A DNA stretch of 64,000 bases from the NCBI RefSeq assembly GCF_023055435.1, contig NW_025963890.1, positions 78,244,001 to 78,308,000 on the forward strand, written 5' to 3'. The notes under the pieces are model-generated. The model did no database searches, had not been told where the DNA came from, and saw nothing but the letters and a program-made list of their open reading frames with translations. Origin of the DNA: Haliotis rufescens (lineage: Eukaryota). Each line of letters begins with the position of its first letter. Positions within the stretch are counted from its first letter, which is position 1. Positions 39,704-53,900 of this stretch are shown here, piece after piece. Position numbers and translations under genes: made by a program.

Positions 39704-40800
39704 TATATGCTACCAATGTTTACAGAAACCATTCCGTGTATTGAAGAAGCAGTTACTTACCAATAGCAGAGGGCAAAGTAGAGAGATATACAATCAATAC
39801 AAAAATCACTGTACGAGACGCCATACCTGGGTCTGTAAGTGAACCACAGACGTCAATCTTGGGTATGCACACACTAGACAACCCATGCGAATCTTATCAG
39901 TATTCAGTGACTCATTTTCTATAACGGGTGTCACTCGTGTAGAAACATATCGGTGCACGACCATACTCGCCACCAGCGTGTACATGTTCCCTGGGCAGAT
40001 CTGGTAGTACACTATCCTATCACTGAGTGGGCGGACATTATTACACAAACATGTCACTTACACTGCACTGAGCTGAAACATATGTGGTATTGTTGGGTTA
40101 GTTCTGGTAAAGGGTACTTGTCTCATCGCGATCACTGAGTGTGGTGAAACTGTGGATGGAGCATCATGTATACCGATAAAACCACACATCCCTACTTATG
40201 AAGTGAAGTAAGGCAGAAACAGTAAGAAGGTGACTCCAGATCTGGTTGTCCAAACGATGCCGCGTGTGGGTCTCAAGTGTTGGCTGACCACTGCCTGGTG
40301 ATGGCTGACGGCGTGTGACACGTGAACATTATGCCTATCGCTGACCAAGTGTATTGAAATCAAAGGAGATTATATTTGGCTCAATCTGAACGACTTACTA
40401 CATGTATGCGATGCCTCGAACTGTCTACACATGTCAGAAGGCCACAACCAGGCGAGAGGCTGCAGACTCAGTTATTTAATTAGATCTAGTGAAGTGGAAC
40501 TTTTAATAAATATGTATGTAATAATTAAAAATATGATCATTTTGCCGCAAATATTTAGCAATTTCGTTAGTCCTTTCAAACAAATACAATAATGCATCAC
40601 GAGTCTGTTTACATAACCACTTGTCACGTGATACTGATCATGTGACAAACGCTGACCAAGCATCTGAAGACATCCTGACATAGCCACATGAAGACGCAAC
40701 TTAGCCTACCTAATACTGAAAGAAGTTTGAAATGTCCTAATTACGTGAATTACGCCACGGAACGTATTGGTGTCGTGAGTGAGTGAATGTTGTTTAACGC

Positions 40801-41563
40801 GGGTGCAGGCTAAAACGGCACCTCAGCAAAACGTCACCGATTTCTCTGGCGAAAACGGCACCGCATTTGGCGAAAACGGCTACTATGAGTCGGGCGAAAA
40901 CGGCACCTCTATTTTTAATAACGATAACAACGATTTTTGTAGTAATATATAGGGTTTATTTACATGGTATTTTATTAATGATGTATTTTCATTTCCTCTT
41001 TTCAGAGATATAAGTAAATATAGTATTTGATTGGTGATTTACATTGTATTTCCTCTTTTCAGTAAAAAACTTGTGGATGGCATCATCCTCCATGTAGGCT
41101 ACGTAGAAACAAGTGAAAAATTTATGTAAGACATATGAGATAAATAAGATATATTAGATTATATATATGTTACTATCTATTTCTATTACAGTTCTTCTTT
41201 TTTTTACAATACATTAAATATATATTATACCTGCAATCCAATTTCTTCTTCAAGACTTTGACGTAGTCCGATGTTCGACGCCTTGACATAATTACAAACA
41301 CAAGAGGCATCAACTTGAAGTTACTGCCGGCACGCACAAAAGCATGAATGGTCAGCAGTTGATGGAACGGACGTTTGACAATCTTAAACGTTCCGTCCAT
41401 TAACCATTGACCACTCCTACTTAGGTGCTGTAATTGCCGGTCAGTAGCAAGCATGATATGCCTCTCGTCCTTGTGAATTATGTCGCCACGGACGAAGCCT
41501 TCGGGTAAGAAGTCCTCGGCAATCCGGTGACGTTTTGCTGAGGTGCCGTTTTCGCTATAACCC
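40801..41563 (-). mobile_element. Internally deleted Mutator-like element (MULE) with transposase fragment
   Basis: TIRs GGGT..GC.AAAACGGCACCTCAGCAAAACGTCACCG / CGGTGACGTTTTGCTGAGGTGCCGTTTTCGC..ACCC; 9-bp TSD GTTTAACGC; ORF 41173-41454 has WLMDGTFKIV..PFHQLLTIHAF...PLVFVIM.RR...DY, typical MULE DDE domain start. Confidence 0.9.
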
Positions 41564-41729
41564 GTTTAACGCCGCACCCTTCCAGCCACATGACGGCCTA
41601 CAAAAGATAATCGGGCTTGAGACAGACCACCAGCGATGGATGTTTTGTGCAATGTAGTCAAACATGTCATCGAGTCGTTAAGTCGGCTCCAGGCTATAAA
41701 AAACAAAAAACACAAAAACCGTCCAAAAC

Positions 41730-42300
41730 TTAAAAGCTCCGACAATCCCCGTTATGGCATAGAAATAGTTTGGATCTCTGCCCATGTCGGTGTGTTTGGT
41801 AACAGCAGCTACATCGACACTAAAATTAGAAGACGTAAGCACCAGCCTTCCAATATCTAATTACGAAATTAAAAAACAACTCACAGAAATCAAAGTGCAA
41901 AATAAAACACCTGCTACAAAAGCCACTCAGAAAAACGAAAAATCCATCATAAAACCAAAACAAATCGACAGGGCAACCAAATCACAAACAGGCCACACTA
42001 TGTTAAACTCACACATACACCACATTTAAAAAACACTTCAAACCGGTAGATGCTGACATTGCAACCAAATAGCAACTCCTAAACACGTAATACTTTACTG
42101 CACACATTAACAACAACACAGAACAACACTCAAATTCTCACTAAACTACAACCACCAAATGACACTAGCAACTCTACTAAACCACTTTAACTTAAAAAAT
42201 AAATAAATTAAAAACTATAAAGCGCCATTCATTTATCTAATCAAAACAGGCCTACTCGGTCGCATTTAAAAAAAGGGAAAAACAGAAAACACAATAAATC
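41730..42300 (+). mobile_element. Highly degenerate LINE 3' fragment (RNase H-bearing, I-group-like)
   Basis: IEIVWISAHVGVFGN (RNase H WxPxHxGxxGN motif) and TGHTMLNSH motif downstream; A-rich. Confidence 0.5.
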
Positions 42301-43326
42301 TTAGCCTAAATCATAAATACTAAAACCACACAACTACACAACCTCGCACACTCCTTTAGGTCCCCCACCTTATAAGCATGGCATAATTCCTAATTTCCGT
42401 CAGAATTAATTAATCAACCATAAAGCCCCTCCAGGTTGCTTTACCTTTGGGACATACCCTTCTCGACCACGTCACTAAATGGCCTGGCGGGCCCGTGCGC
42501 GAAACACGCATGTGTCGGAAAGCGCACTTTAAAACAGAAGCTAATTATAAGAAGTCATTATTGAGCCTTCTTGACAACGGTCAGGATCTATCCCGCAACG
42601 CCACCTTAACTGTAAATAAAGAAGTTGTCATCCATACATTATCTCTACTTTGCCTACATTGAAATATTGGCTATTATTGACTTCTGTAGTCTTCGTCAAC
42701 AGAACTTATCAAACTTGTTTTAGTTTTCAAAACATGCAATGAATTTGGATGTGATTAAAACCCGGTTTCTGTCTGCCGCTATCCTCTCACAAACGCAGCA
42801 GCTGTACGCTCAATAACAGGGCGTTGAAGATTTGGTCACTGTTGGGAGATTTTAACAGGAAGCACAGAATTATCGCCCTTGGAAGGGGCACCCGCAGGTT
42901 CAATAGTTGGGTGACTTTTGTATATTCTCTCACTTTATATGTTATAGATGATCAAAACAACCAACTATTATTTTGATCTTGCATTTTAAATAGTTTATTT
43001 GTTATCCGGAGAGAAGTACAAAGACCCATGCGGTCAGTTTAAGATGAAAAACGGTCCACACTAAACACGTCGTCTGCATTTCCTGTTGTGTTGATGATGA
43101 TATTTCATTAATCATTGTTATTTCAATAAGTCAAATAACAGTTACTTATATTTCGTGTGGTCTTACAAAAGTACACTAGTTCGTTCGAGCGTCTACAATA
43201 ATACGAATAGCCCGTTAGATATGTGCAAAGATTGTGTAGGACACGCACGCGCACGTCAGCTGAAGGGGTGTGTTCTGACGCTAGTCTAACTTTAAGTGAC
43301 ATTTGACTGCTAATGTCTACTTGTAG

Positions 43327-43437
43327 ATGGCGACATCAGACGATGGAGAGTTTTACATCGAGCTGTGTAAGACGCCGATTCGATTTGAGCCCATCAACAA
43401 AGCCAACAACATCTTCTTTGACGATGCCAACAAACAG
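43327..43437 (+). CDS. RMC1: RMC1 exon 1
   Basis: ATG GCG ACA...AAA CAG|gtttgt, 111 nt. Confidence 0.92.
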
Positions 43438-46400
43438 GTTTGTCAATTAATTTTTTCTTGTTTTTATTACATCTCAATTAGTGTCATGGCCTATCTAGTA
43501 TAAATACTGATATATACTGACACAAAATGTTGATTAAACAAGCTGTGTGTTCTGTCCTCCAGGTGTTTGCCGTGAGATCTGGTGGAGCCATGGGCGTCAC
43601 GGTGAAGGGGCCAGATGAGAAGTCTGCCGTTTCATTCAGGTGGGTAGTGAGACATAATAAGGTGAGACATCATCTGTGTCATTCAGGTGGGTAGTGAGAC
43701 ATCATCAGGTGAGACATCGTCTGTGTCATTCAGGTGGGTAGTGAGAAATCATCAGGTGAAACATCGTCTGTGTCATTCATGTGGGTAGAGGGGCGGTCGG
43801 GTAGCCTAGTGGTTAAAGCGTTCGCTCGTCACGCCGAAGACCCGGGTTCGATTCCCGACATGGGTACAAAGTGTGAAGCCCTATTCTGGTGTCCCCCGCC
43901 GTGATATTGCTGGAATATTGCTAAAAGCGGCGTAAAACCATACTCAGTCAGTCAGTTCAGGTGGGTAGTGACATCGTCAGGTGAGACATTGTCTGTGTCA
44001 TTCAGGTGGGTAGTGAGACATCATCAGGTGAGACATCGTCTGTGTTATTCTGGTGGGTAGGGAGACATCATCAGGTGAGACATTGTCTGTGTCATTCATC
44101 TGGGTAGTGAGACATCATCAGGTGAGACATCGTCTGTGTCATTCTGGTGAGTAGTGAGACATCATCAGGTGAGACATTGTCTGTGTCATTCAGGTGGGTA
44201 GTGAGACATCATCAGGTGTGACATCGTCTGTGTCATTCTGGTGGGTAGTGAGACATCATCAGGTGAGACATTGCCTGTGTCATTCTGGTGGGTAGTGAGA
44301 CATCATCAGGTGAGACATCGTCTGTGTCATTGAGGTGGGTAGTGAGACATCATCAGGTGAAACATTGCCTGTGTCATTCAGGTGGGTAGTGAGACATCGT
44401 CTGTGTCATTCAGGTGGGTAGTGAGACATCATCAGGTGAGACATCTGCAGTGTCATTTAGGTGGGTAGTGACATTGTCAGGTGAGACATGTGTCATTCAG
44501 GTGCCTAGTGAGACATCATCAGGTGAGACATCGTCTTTGACTGCATGCTCAGCATCAAGGGAACTCCTCTTTCCTGAGAGGAAGTTCACTATTGATATGG
44601 TTCTTATAGGACTGTAGGACTACTACCTCAAACAGCTTTTGAGTGAAGTTTGCTTTTAAGTAAACTGTGCATTGTCCATATTAGCCATGTAATCAGCCAA
44701 TATTTAAAGTTTTTATGTATCACGTCTCCTAAAATCCTGTCAGCACTCTTGACGGAGGCTGTGTAGAGATCATTATGGAAGCTCTAAATTCTAAAAGATT
44801 TTTTCGTTATCAAAAAGAATGCCAGTTGTTATTATTTTATGTTGCACAGAATCGAGGACAGGGGTGATGTTGTTTCAATAAAGTTTTCTCCTGACAAGAA
44901 AATCTTAGCCATCCAGAGATCTCAAAAATCAGTGGTGAGTTATAAGCTATCATAGCTGAGTATAGTTTAATTTGTTGATGGTGACGCATAAGATTATATT
45001 GCATGATTGTCCCCATTGGAGAATAGAGTATGGCTGATTGATTGTGTATTGGTGTTGTAGTCATCAGTCACATGTCTGGTCCAGATTCCCGGCTGCAGGA
45101 TAAAACAACATTCACTCTATCACCTCCAATATGGCAGCCAAAGTGTACAAAATGGTCATGGAGGCTGTTAAAAAACAGAAATACACAATCACATAACGGA
45201 AATTTGCTGATTGACCTGTAACTCCTTTTTGGCTACTTGTATGGTTAGAAGTGACTGTAGATGTGTCCTGACTGTACACTTAGCTCTGGTACTTGACTGT
45301 AGATGTTTCGTGACTGTACACCTAGCTCTGGTACTTGACTGTAGATGTCTCCTGACTGTACACCTAGCTCTGGTACTTGACTGTAGATGTGTCCTGACTG
45401 TACACCTAGCTCTGGTACTTGACTGTAGATGTCTCCCAACTGTACACCTAGCTCTGGTACTTGACTGTAGATGTCTCCTGACTGTACACCTAGCTCTGGT
45501 ACTTGACTGTAGATGTCTCCTGACTGTACACCTAGCTCTGGTACTTGACTGTAGATGTCTCCTGACTGTACACCTAGCTCTGGTACTTGACTGTAGATGT
45601 CTCCTGACTGTACACCTAGCTCTGGTACTTGACTGTAGATGTCTCCTGACTGTACACCTAGCTCTGGTACTTGACTGTAGATGTCTCCTGACTGTACACC
45701 TAGCTCTGGTACTTGACTGTAGATGTCTCCTGACTGTACACCTAGCTCTGGTACTTGACTGTAGATGTCTCCTGACTGTACACCTAGCTCTGGTACTTGA
45801 CTGTAGATGTCTCCTGACTGTACACCTAGCTCTGGTACTTGACTGTAGATGTCTCCTGACTGTACACCTAGCTCTGGTACTTGACTGTAGATGTCTCCTG
45901 ACTGTACACCTAGCTCTGGTACTTGACTGTAGATGTGTCCTGACTGTACACCTAGCTCTGGTACTTGACTGTTGATGTCTCCTGACTGTACACCTAGCTC
46001 TGGTACTTGACTGTAGATGTCTCCTGACTGTACACCTAGCTCTGATACTTGACTGTAGATGTCTCCTGACTGTACACCTAGCTCTGGTACTTGACTGTAG
46101 ATGTCTCCTGACTGTACACCTAGCTCTGGTACTTGACTGTAGATGTCTCCTGACTGTACACCTAGCTCTGGTACTTGACTGTAGATGTCTCCTGACTGTA
46201 CACCTAGCTCTGGTACTTGACTGTAGATGTCTCCTGACTGTACACCTAGCTCTGGTACTTGACTGTAGATGTCTCCTGACTGTACACCTAGCTCTGGTAC
46301 TTGACTGTAGATGTCTCCTGACTGTACACCTAGCTCTGGTACTTGACTGTAGATGTGTTCTGACTGTACACCTAGCTCTGGTACTTGACTGTAGATGTCT

Positions 46401-47872
46401 CCTGACTGTACACCTAGCTCTGGTACTTGACTGTAGATGTCTCCTGACTGTACACCTAGCTCTGGTACTTGACTGTAGATGTCTCCTGACTGTACACCTA
46501 GCTCTGGTTCTTGACTGTAGATGTCTCCTGACTGTACACCTAGCTCTGGTTCTTGACTGTAGATGTGTCCTGACTGTACACCTAGCTCTGGTACTTGACT
46601 GTAGATGTCTCCTGACTGTACACCTAGCTCTGGTACTTGACTGTAGATGTCTCCTGACTGTACACCTAGCTCTGGTACTTGACTGTAGATGTGTCCTGAC
46701 TGTACACCTAGCTCTGGTACTTGACTGTAGATGTCTCCTGACTGTACACCTAGCTCTGGTTCTTGACTGTAGATGTCTCCTGACTGTACACCTAGCTCTG
46801 GTACTTGACTGTAGATGTCTCCTGACTGTACACCTAGCTCTGGTACTTGACTGTAGATGTCTCCTGACTGTACACCTAGCTCTGGTACTTGACTGTAGAT
46901 GTGTCCTGACTGTACACCTAGCTCTGGTACTTGACTGTAGATGTCTCCTGACTGTACACCTAGCTCTGGTACTTGACTGTAGATGTCTCCTGACTGTACA
47001 CCTAGCTCTGGTACTTGACTGTAGATGTCTCCTGACTGTACACCTAGCTCTGGTACTTGACTGTAGATGTCTCCTGACTGTACACCTAGCTCTGGTACTT
47101 GACTGTAGATGTGTCCTGACTGTACACCTAGCTCTGGTACTTGACTGTAGATGTCTCCTGACTGTACACCTAGCTCTGGTACTTGACTGTAGATGTGTCC
47201 TGACTGTACACCTAGCTCTGGTACTTGCTGGTGCAGGGATACATGACATGTAGTTAGTTACCTGTACATGTTCACACAACATTCATGTCTTTGAAGAAAG
47301 AAACTGCACAGGGTATGTTATGCTGCAGGTTTGAGGTCTTGTGTGATGAACTAAGTTTGTTTGTTGTTTAACGCTGCATTCAGCAATATTCCAGCAATAT
47401 GACGGCAGTCTGTAAATAATCGTGTCTTGACCAGACAATCCAGTGACTGACATCATGAGAATCAATGTACGCAATTGAGATACTATGACATGCATCAACC
47501 AAGTCAGCCAGCCTGACCAACTGATCCTGTTAGTTGATTCTTACAACAAGCATAGTCTGCTGTAACGGAAGCATTGGTTGCTGAAGACCTATTTTAGCCT
47601 GGTTCTTCACTGGTCCATGAATAAAGCACACCCATGACTGTCATACACAGTATTACAGCATCTCACTCTCAAATGTCCAAGTTTTCACATAGGTGAAACC
47701 CATGAGCACAGGTATAGTGCCTGCAAACCATTCATTTAGAATCTGAGATTGGAACTCTCCAACAGCAGATCCTGGTGCAACTAAGGGTTGTAACTCTGCA
47801 CAATGAATCTCAGTGCCATAACCACCTGTGACCTGATAGCATGATAACATGTGATAGAGGTTTTCCTGATGA

Positions 47873-47903
<31 letters not shown>

Positions 47904-50900
47904 TCAGGAGTTCATCAACTTCCACAATGACATGTCAACAGATCAGATGGAGTATTCACAAATATGCAAGGTTGGTATCAATAAAGTTAAATTGTCTTTT
48001 CCCCATATGTATTTGGAAAGGTATTGGGTGTTAAAGTATTATGGCTTTTCTTGCAAAACGAACATGGATTATTGGAGTTATTGTGTATTTCATTTCAACA
48101 AACAAGCATGCTTCTCGTTATTAGAACATTCAAACTTTAAGTGTCTGTTTAAGTTTGATAATTCACTGTAGCAGTTCCTGTTTCTATTTCCCAGGGAAAG
48201 TCGACCCAGATCATTGGATTCATATGGACTTCGGTCAACGAGATTGCTTTCATCACAGACCACGGCATAGAACACTACCAGGTAGGTCTGGTACACGGCA
48301 TAGAACACTACCAGGTCGGTACCGGTACATGGCATAGAACACTACCAGGTAGGTCTGGTACATGGCATAGAACACTACCAGGTAGGTCTGGTACATGGCA
48401 TAGAACACTACCAGGTAGGTACCGGTACATGGCATAGAAAACTACCAGGTAGGTACCGATACATGGCATAGAACACTACCAGGTAGGTACTGGTACATGA
48501 CATAGAACACTACCAGGTAGGTACTGGTACATGACATAGAACACTACCAGGTAGGTATTGGTACATGACATAGAACACTGCCAGGTAGGTACTGGTACAT
48601 GGCATAGAACACTACCAGAAAGGTACTGGTACACAGCATAGAACACTACCAGGTAGGTACTGGTACATGACATAGAACACTACCAGGTAGGTCTGGTACA
48701 TGGCATAGAACACTACCTTGTAGGTACTGGTACATGGCATAGAACACTACCTTGTAGGTACTGGTACATGGCATAGAACACTACCTTGTAGGTACTGGTA
48801 CATGGCATAGAACACTACCAGGTAGGTACCGGTACATGGCATAGAACACTACCAGGTAAGTACCGGTACATGGCATAGAACACTGCCAAGTAGGTACTGG
48901 TACACAGCATAAAACACTACCAGGTAGGTACCGGTACATGGCATAGAACACTACCAGGTAGGTCTGGTACATGGCATAGAACATACCAGGTAGGTACTGG
49001 TACATGGCATAGAACACTACCAGGTAGGTACTGGTACATGGCATAGAACACTACCAGGTAGGTACTGGTACATGGCATAGAACACTACCAGGTAGGTACC
49101 GGTACATGGCATAGAACACTACCAGGTAGGTACTGGTACATGGCATAGAAAACTACCAGGTAGGTACCGATACATGGCATAGAACACTACCAGGTAGGTA
49201 CCGATACATGGCATAGAAAACTACCAGGTAGGTACCGGTACATGGCATAGAAAACTATCAGGTAGGTACTGGTACATGGCATAGAACACTACCAGGTAGG
49301 TACCGATACATGGCATAGAACACTGCCAGGTAGGTACTGGTACATGGCATAGAACACTACCAGGTAGGTACTGGTACATGGCATAGAACACTACCAGGTA
49401 GGTACTGGTACATGGCATAGAACACTACCAGGTAGGTACCGATACATGGCATAGAACACTGCCAGGTAGGTACCGGTACATGGCATAGAACACTACCAGG
49501 TAGGTACCGATACATGGCATAGAACACTACCAGGTAGGTACCGATACATGGCATAGAACACTACCAGGTAGGTACTGGTACATGGCATAGAACACTGCCA
49601 GGTAGGTACCGATACATGGCATAGAACACTACCAGGTAGGTACCGGTACATGGCATAGAACACTACCAGGTAGGTACTGGTACATGGCATAGAAAACTAC
49701 TAGGTAGGTACCGGTATATGGCATAGATAAACCTACTGATTGTAGAGTCTTGGGACACTCCCTCTCACGTTTTACAGCTTTTACTATCCCTGGTGACTTG
49801 TTGTAGATCACCCCAGAGAGGAGAAGTCTGCGCAACTTGAAGACAGTCAGTCTGCAGGTCAACTGGTTCGTGTGGCTGGTGAGTGGTCTGAAAGATACCA
49901 TCACACTTGGAAACTCCTGGTTGTTAGACTAACTGAAGTATTTCCGCTTGCATTAAGCTGATACGCTATCATGTAACTGAATACTGGTCAAAGACGCAGA
50001 GTATGCTGAAATATATCTTAATTCAGAGAGAATTTCACCACAGTGTAAGTGTCATATTGAAGCCTGTGTTTGCTGGTTGTTTCCAGGCAGAGACGTACAT
50101 CCTGGTGCTGTCGTCCGGGACGCTGGGGAACACACTGCATCCCTTCCAGTTCAGGGTCAGTCTCTTCTTGAAGGTTGGATGTAGAGAGTGTGTGCGTGTG
50201 TGTGTGTGTGTCTGTCTCTGTGTGTCTGTGTCTTGGTGTGTGTCTGTGTGTGTGTATGGCTGTGTGTGTGTGTGTGTGTTTGATGCCAAGTCAGCCATAT
50301 TCCGGCTACTGGCCTGTAAATAATCATGTGTGGACCAGACAATCCTATTGATAGACCCTAATAAAACTAGACCCTAATAGACCCCTGGGGAAATCCCACA
50401 TCCTGGGAACTAGGTCTACAGTGCTGTGGAGCCAAATGAGAGGAATTGTCCCAGCATGCCTTTAGGGTTGGGAGCTCTTGTGCCCTTGTTTGTTTATTGT
50501 CCCCTGACGGGGGATTCTCCCATTCACAAACACAAACATTAATCTTAAACAAGGACACTTTCTTAAAGTTTGAACTATGTAGCTATTGTATTGTGTACGT
50601 GCAGATCAGGGGTAGAATTGGTCTTTAGCAACCCATGCTTGCCGTAAGAGGCGACTATGCTTGCCGTAAGCAGAGACCATATAACAGAGGGACGGCCCTC
50701 CCCAACAGTTTATCATAAACCATCAGCACTACGGTCTGGCATGTAACTGATACACCCCGACACCCTGCTGTTAACCTCTCTGTACCGCTGCAGATGCGCA
50801 ATAGATGCGCAGACATTCACGACTGACCATTCTGGTAACCACGTAAACAATATTATAAAATATCCGGGGCTAGAGTTAATTCCCTTAGCCGAGATTTCTC

Positions 50901-53900
50901 CGACTACGACCAGCGACAATCCAATAAAAGGACGTCTCTTAGCGGATCACAAAGATTTTCCTGGTCTAAATAGAATGACAGTGATGTTACCGCTACCAAG
51001 CCGTTGGTAAATACCTCCCAAAAAGATTCACTCAAAGAAAAAGATAGGAAATGAAAATATGACGTCTGTCCACAAGCGTAAGTTTTCGAGGGCGTGTGAA
51101 GAAAAAGCCGTTCCGATATCAAAAGTATTTTATAACGCATTCTATTTGTTTTAAAAAATCAGTTAATATATCTCATTTTATGCTGCAATTGTTAACTATT
51201 ATAAATAAACAAATATACCAACGAACGCCACAGAAAACTACGATCCGGTAAATTGAACAGGAACTCAGGAAGTGTAAATAAAACTCATCCAGAACTTGTA
51301 ACATATCACCATATTCCCGATGTTCACAAAATATGTCTCCATATTAACTTCATATCTTATAATAAGTCAAGACTAGATTTACTTGCAAAAAAATGCATGA
51401 TCACCGACTGGTGTAAATGCTTTACTATTAGCTAGAAAAAAAATGACGCCATATTAATGTTTTTATTTCATGCAAATTGGCTACTATTTTATAATGCTAA
51501 TAGTTCCAATGAATTAGAAATACACATTAAACTACGAGCGTTGTTAAATGAATTTTCGATGTGTCCGACAATGGGCTTCGAAAGAATCAAACGTTATTGG
51601 TTAATGCCAGTTTGGGGCTAGCAGTGATAATGGGGTTTGCCGGAGCGAGGTAAGTTTTTTTTCAAAGGGAGGCTACTGTTAAATTCCAAATATTCCGATA
51701 TTACCCGATTAGATCGATATTTCAGGATACAAATAAATCGGTATTTCAGGTATAACAATATAGCTTCAACGAGCGTGGTACCAGATATCTACTAGTATAT
51801 CGTAAACTGTAGTAACGTTTGTTGTTTTCAAAATTCTTTCATCATAGTTTTCTATATCTGATCAATGAAAAACAAACTTTAAACTCTAACCTGGAACAAA
51901 GCATGCAACTACACATGTATTACTATTAAAACAAAACAAAACATTACAAACTCTGACAAAAAGGGAAATGTATTTTTCAAAGAAAAGGACAATAGACCAT
52001 CTATATATTTTACTGAATGACACCTTCGACCTTGTTGTCTGGAACTTCTCTCCCGACGACTGCCGATATAATCCTTCTTCTTTCTTGGCATTTACATTGG
52101 TTTTCATTGTTGTGTAAATACACAAAGTAAGTAGTAACTTCATCATATTTACATTATTATGATTGGGTTTAGGCCAATATCATTTAAGGATTGACTGTGT
52201 ATTTTTTTCGGTTCATTGAGGTATGAATCGAAAAACCAATGTGCAAACTGAATGAATCCGCGTAGCGGATTCTTACAAAAGTTTGCACATTGGTTTTTCG
52301 ATTCATACCTCAATGAACCGAAAAGAATAAACAGTCAATGCTTATAATTAAATTCGACTGCATAAAACATGTTTTATCTACAAAAGTTTAACCAAAAACA
52401 GTTGTATATATCAAAACAGACAAAAATGACGAGATTGATAAACGTTCCAGGTGTAGGAATACATACTGTGGCGTGACATGAATCAGGTGATTGTTTAATT
52501 TATGCACATAAATTGACACGCCTACACTGTCAGTAGCCAATCAACGGAGATCAGGATCAAAACAATGTTCATTGGACCTGTCAGTTAAGACAAGAGGCGA
52601 AAAGAACTGCAACAGTCAGACTGTAACGAACTGGAAGAAATATGTCCGGGAGAAGGCGGCTGTTTCAAATTACGTGGTCAGTTACCGCCAGATTCAAACA
52701 TTACTTCCCAGCTTACGGTAAAACACAGTTGGAGAAATGCTAGTTAGAAAGGAAACCCGAAGACATGAAAGTTGAACCGAGGCGAGCGGGAAAAAAACAG
52801 GCGAGCGAGCCTGCACGTTTGCTGTTTTATTCATTCTCGGCCATCGGTTTCAAAGGGTAGTTTGGACAATGCATATGCATGAAAGTCGCTAAATGTCCTG
52901 TGCATGACGATACACGTGAGCAGAAAGGGAATTCCCTCGACTGTAATATTGGGATTCCCCCACATTCCGAAGTAATAAAAGTAGTGCGCCTCGGTGGGCG
53001 TGTCTTAATTTTTTACATTCATTGGGAAATGAATGCAATAACACGTGACCAATTCAGCTAATCAGAATACAGGAATTTCAATGAACTCAACGAAAATTTA
53101 ATTATTTTGCTCATAATCAGTATTTACACGGCATAAAATAAATAATTGATTAAATGTAGTCATGATTTATACAGACAAAATCTACAGACGATAACAAATA
53201 TGTAGTATTGTAGTATGTAGTATATGCGCGATATGTGATAAGGCCTAACTGAAACAAAGTTAAACTTACGAAGAAATGGCGAAGCAATGGTAAAAAAAAA
53301 TATGCGTTTTACAAAAACAATTCTAATATCATACAATATAAGTCACTTTGTAGAATGTTTCAAAGGATATATGCGGATGATAATCACAGACAAAATGCAT
53401 GTTATGTCGTCTGCTATATGGTAATTTAACTTAAAATATGTGACGTAAAATATTGCCTTGCGCCAAAAATCATACCAAAAAAACTACCGATCGTACCTAA
53501 ATAACGTTGGTACCAAGCCATAGGGGAAATCGTGATGAATGTAAAACTATTAAATTCAGGACCGATAATAGGAACAAATTCGTCTGAAAGCATGCGAAAA
53601 TTAAGAGTTGTGATGTAATTATTTCGGATTAATTCAGATTTAGTCCCATTTCTGGAGTCAAAATCTGAAATTTCGGATCCGCCCTAAATTTGTTAATGGC
53701 ACTAAGCCAATTTTTAACATATCTCCTTTTTATACACCTACGTAACCAAGGACTTTCATTGCGAATTAGAGGCCGTTATTGAAAATCAAAATCTGCACTT
53801 TTGCCGATTTTACATGTGCGCCATTTTGTTCTCTCGGACAAAGACAAAGCGTGATCACAGTCATCAAATACAGTGACAACGACATGCTTTAGGGCACCAA

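Larger units (their letters stand above)
23100..40800. repeat. Segmental duplication copy B (paralogous to ~5990-21100)
   Basis: See copy A; same order and orientation, different TE insertions and array lengths. Confidence 0.9.

Noticed and set aside
45189-47282. 697-aa Arg-rich ORF (SSTRARCTVRRHLQ)n
   Set aside because: Product of a 42-bp intronic minisatellite lacking stops in one frame, antisense to RMC1; no unique coding flanks. This array is also mid-intron, so it does not support the junction pattern.
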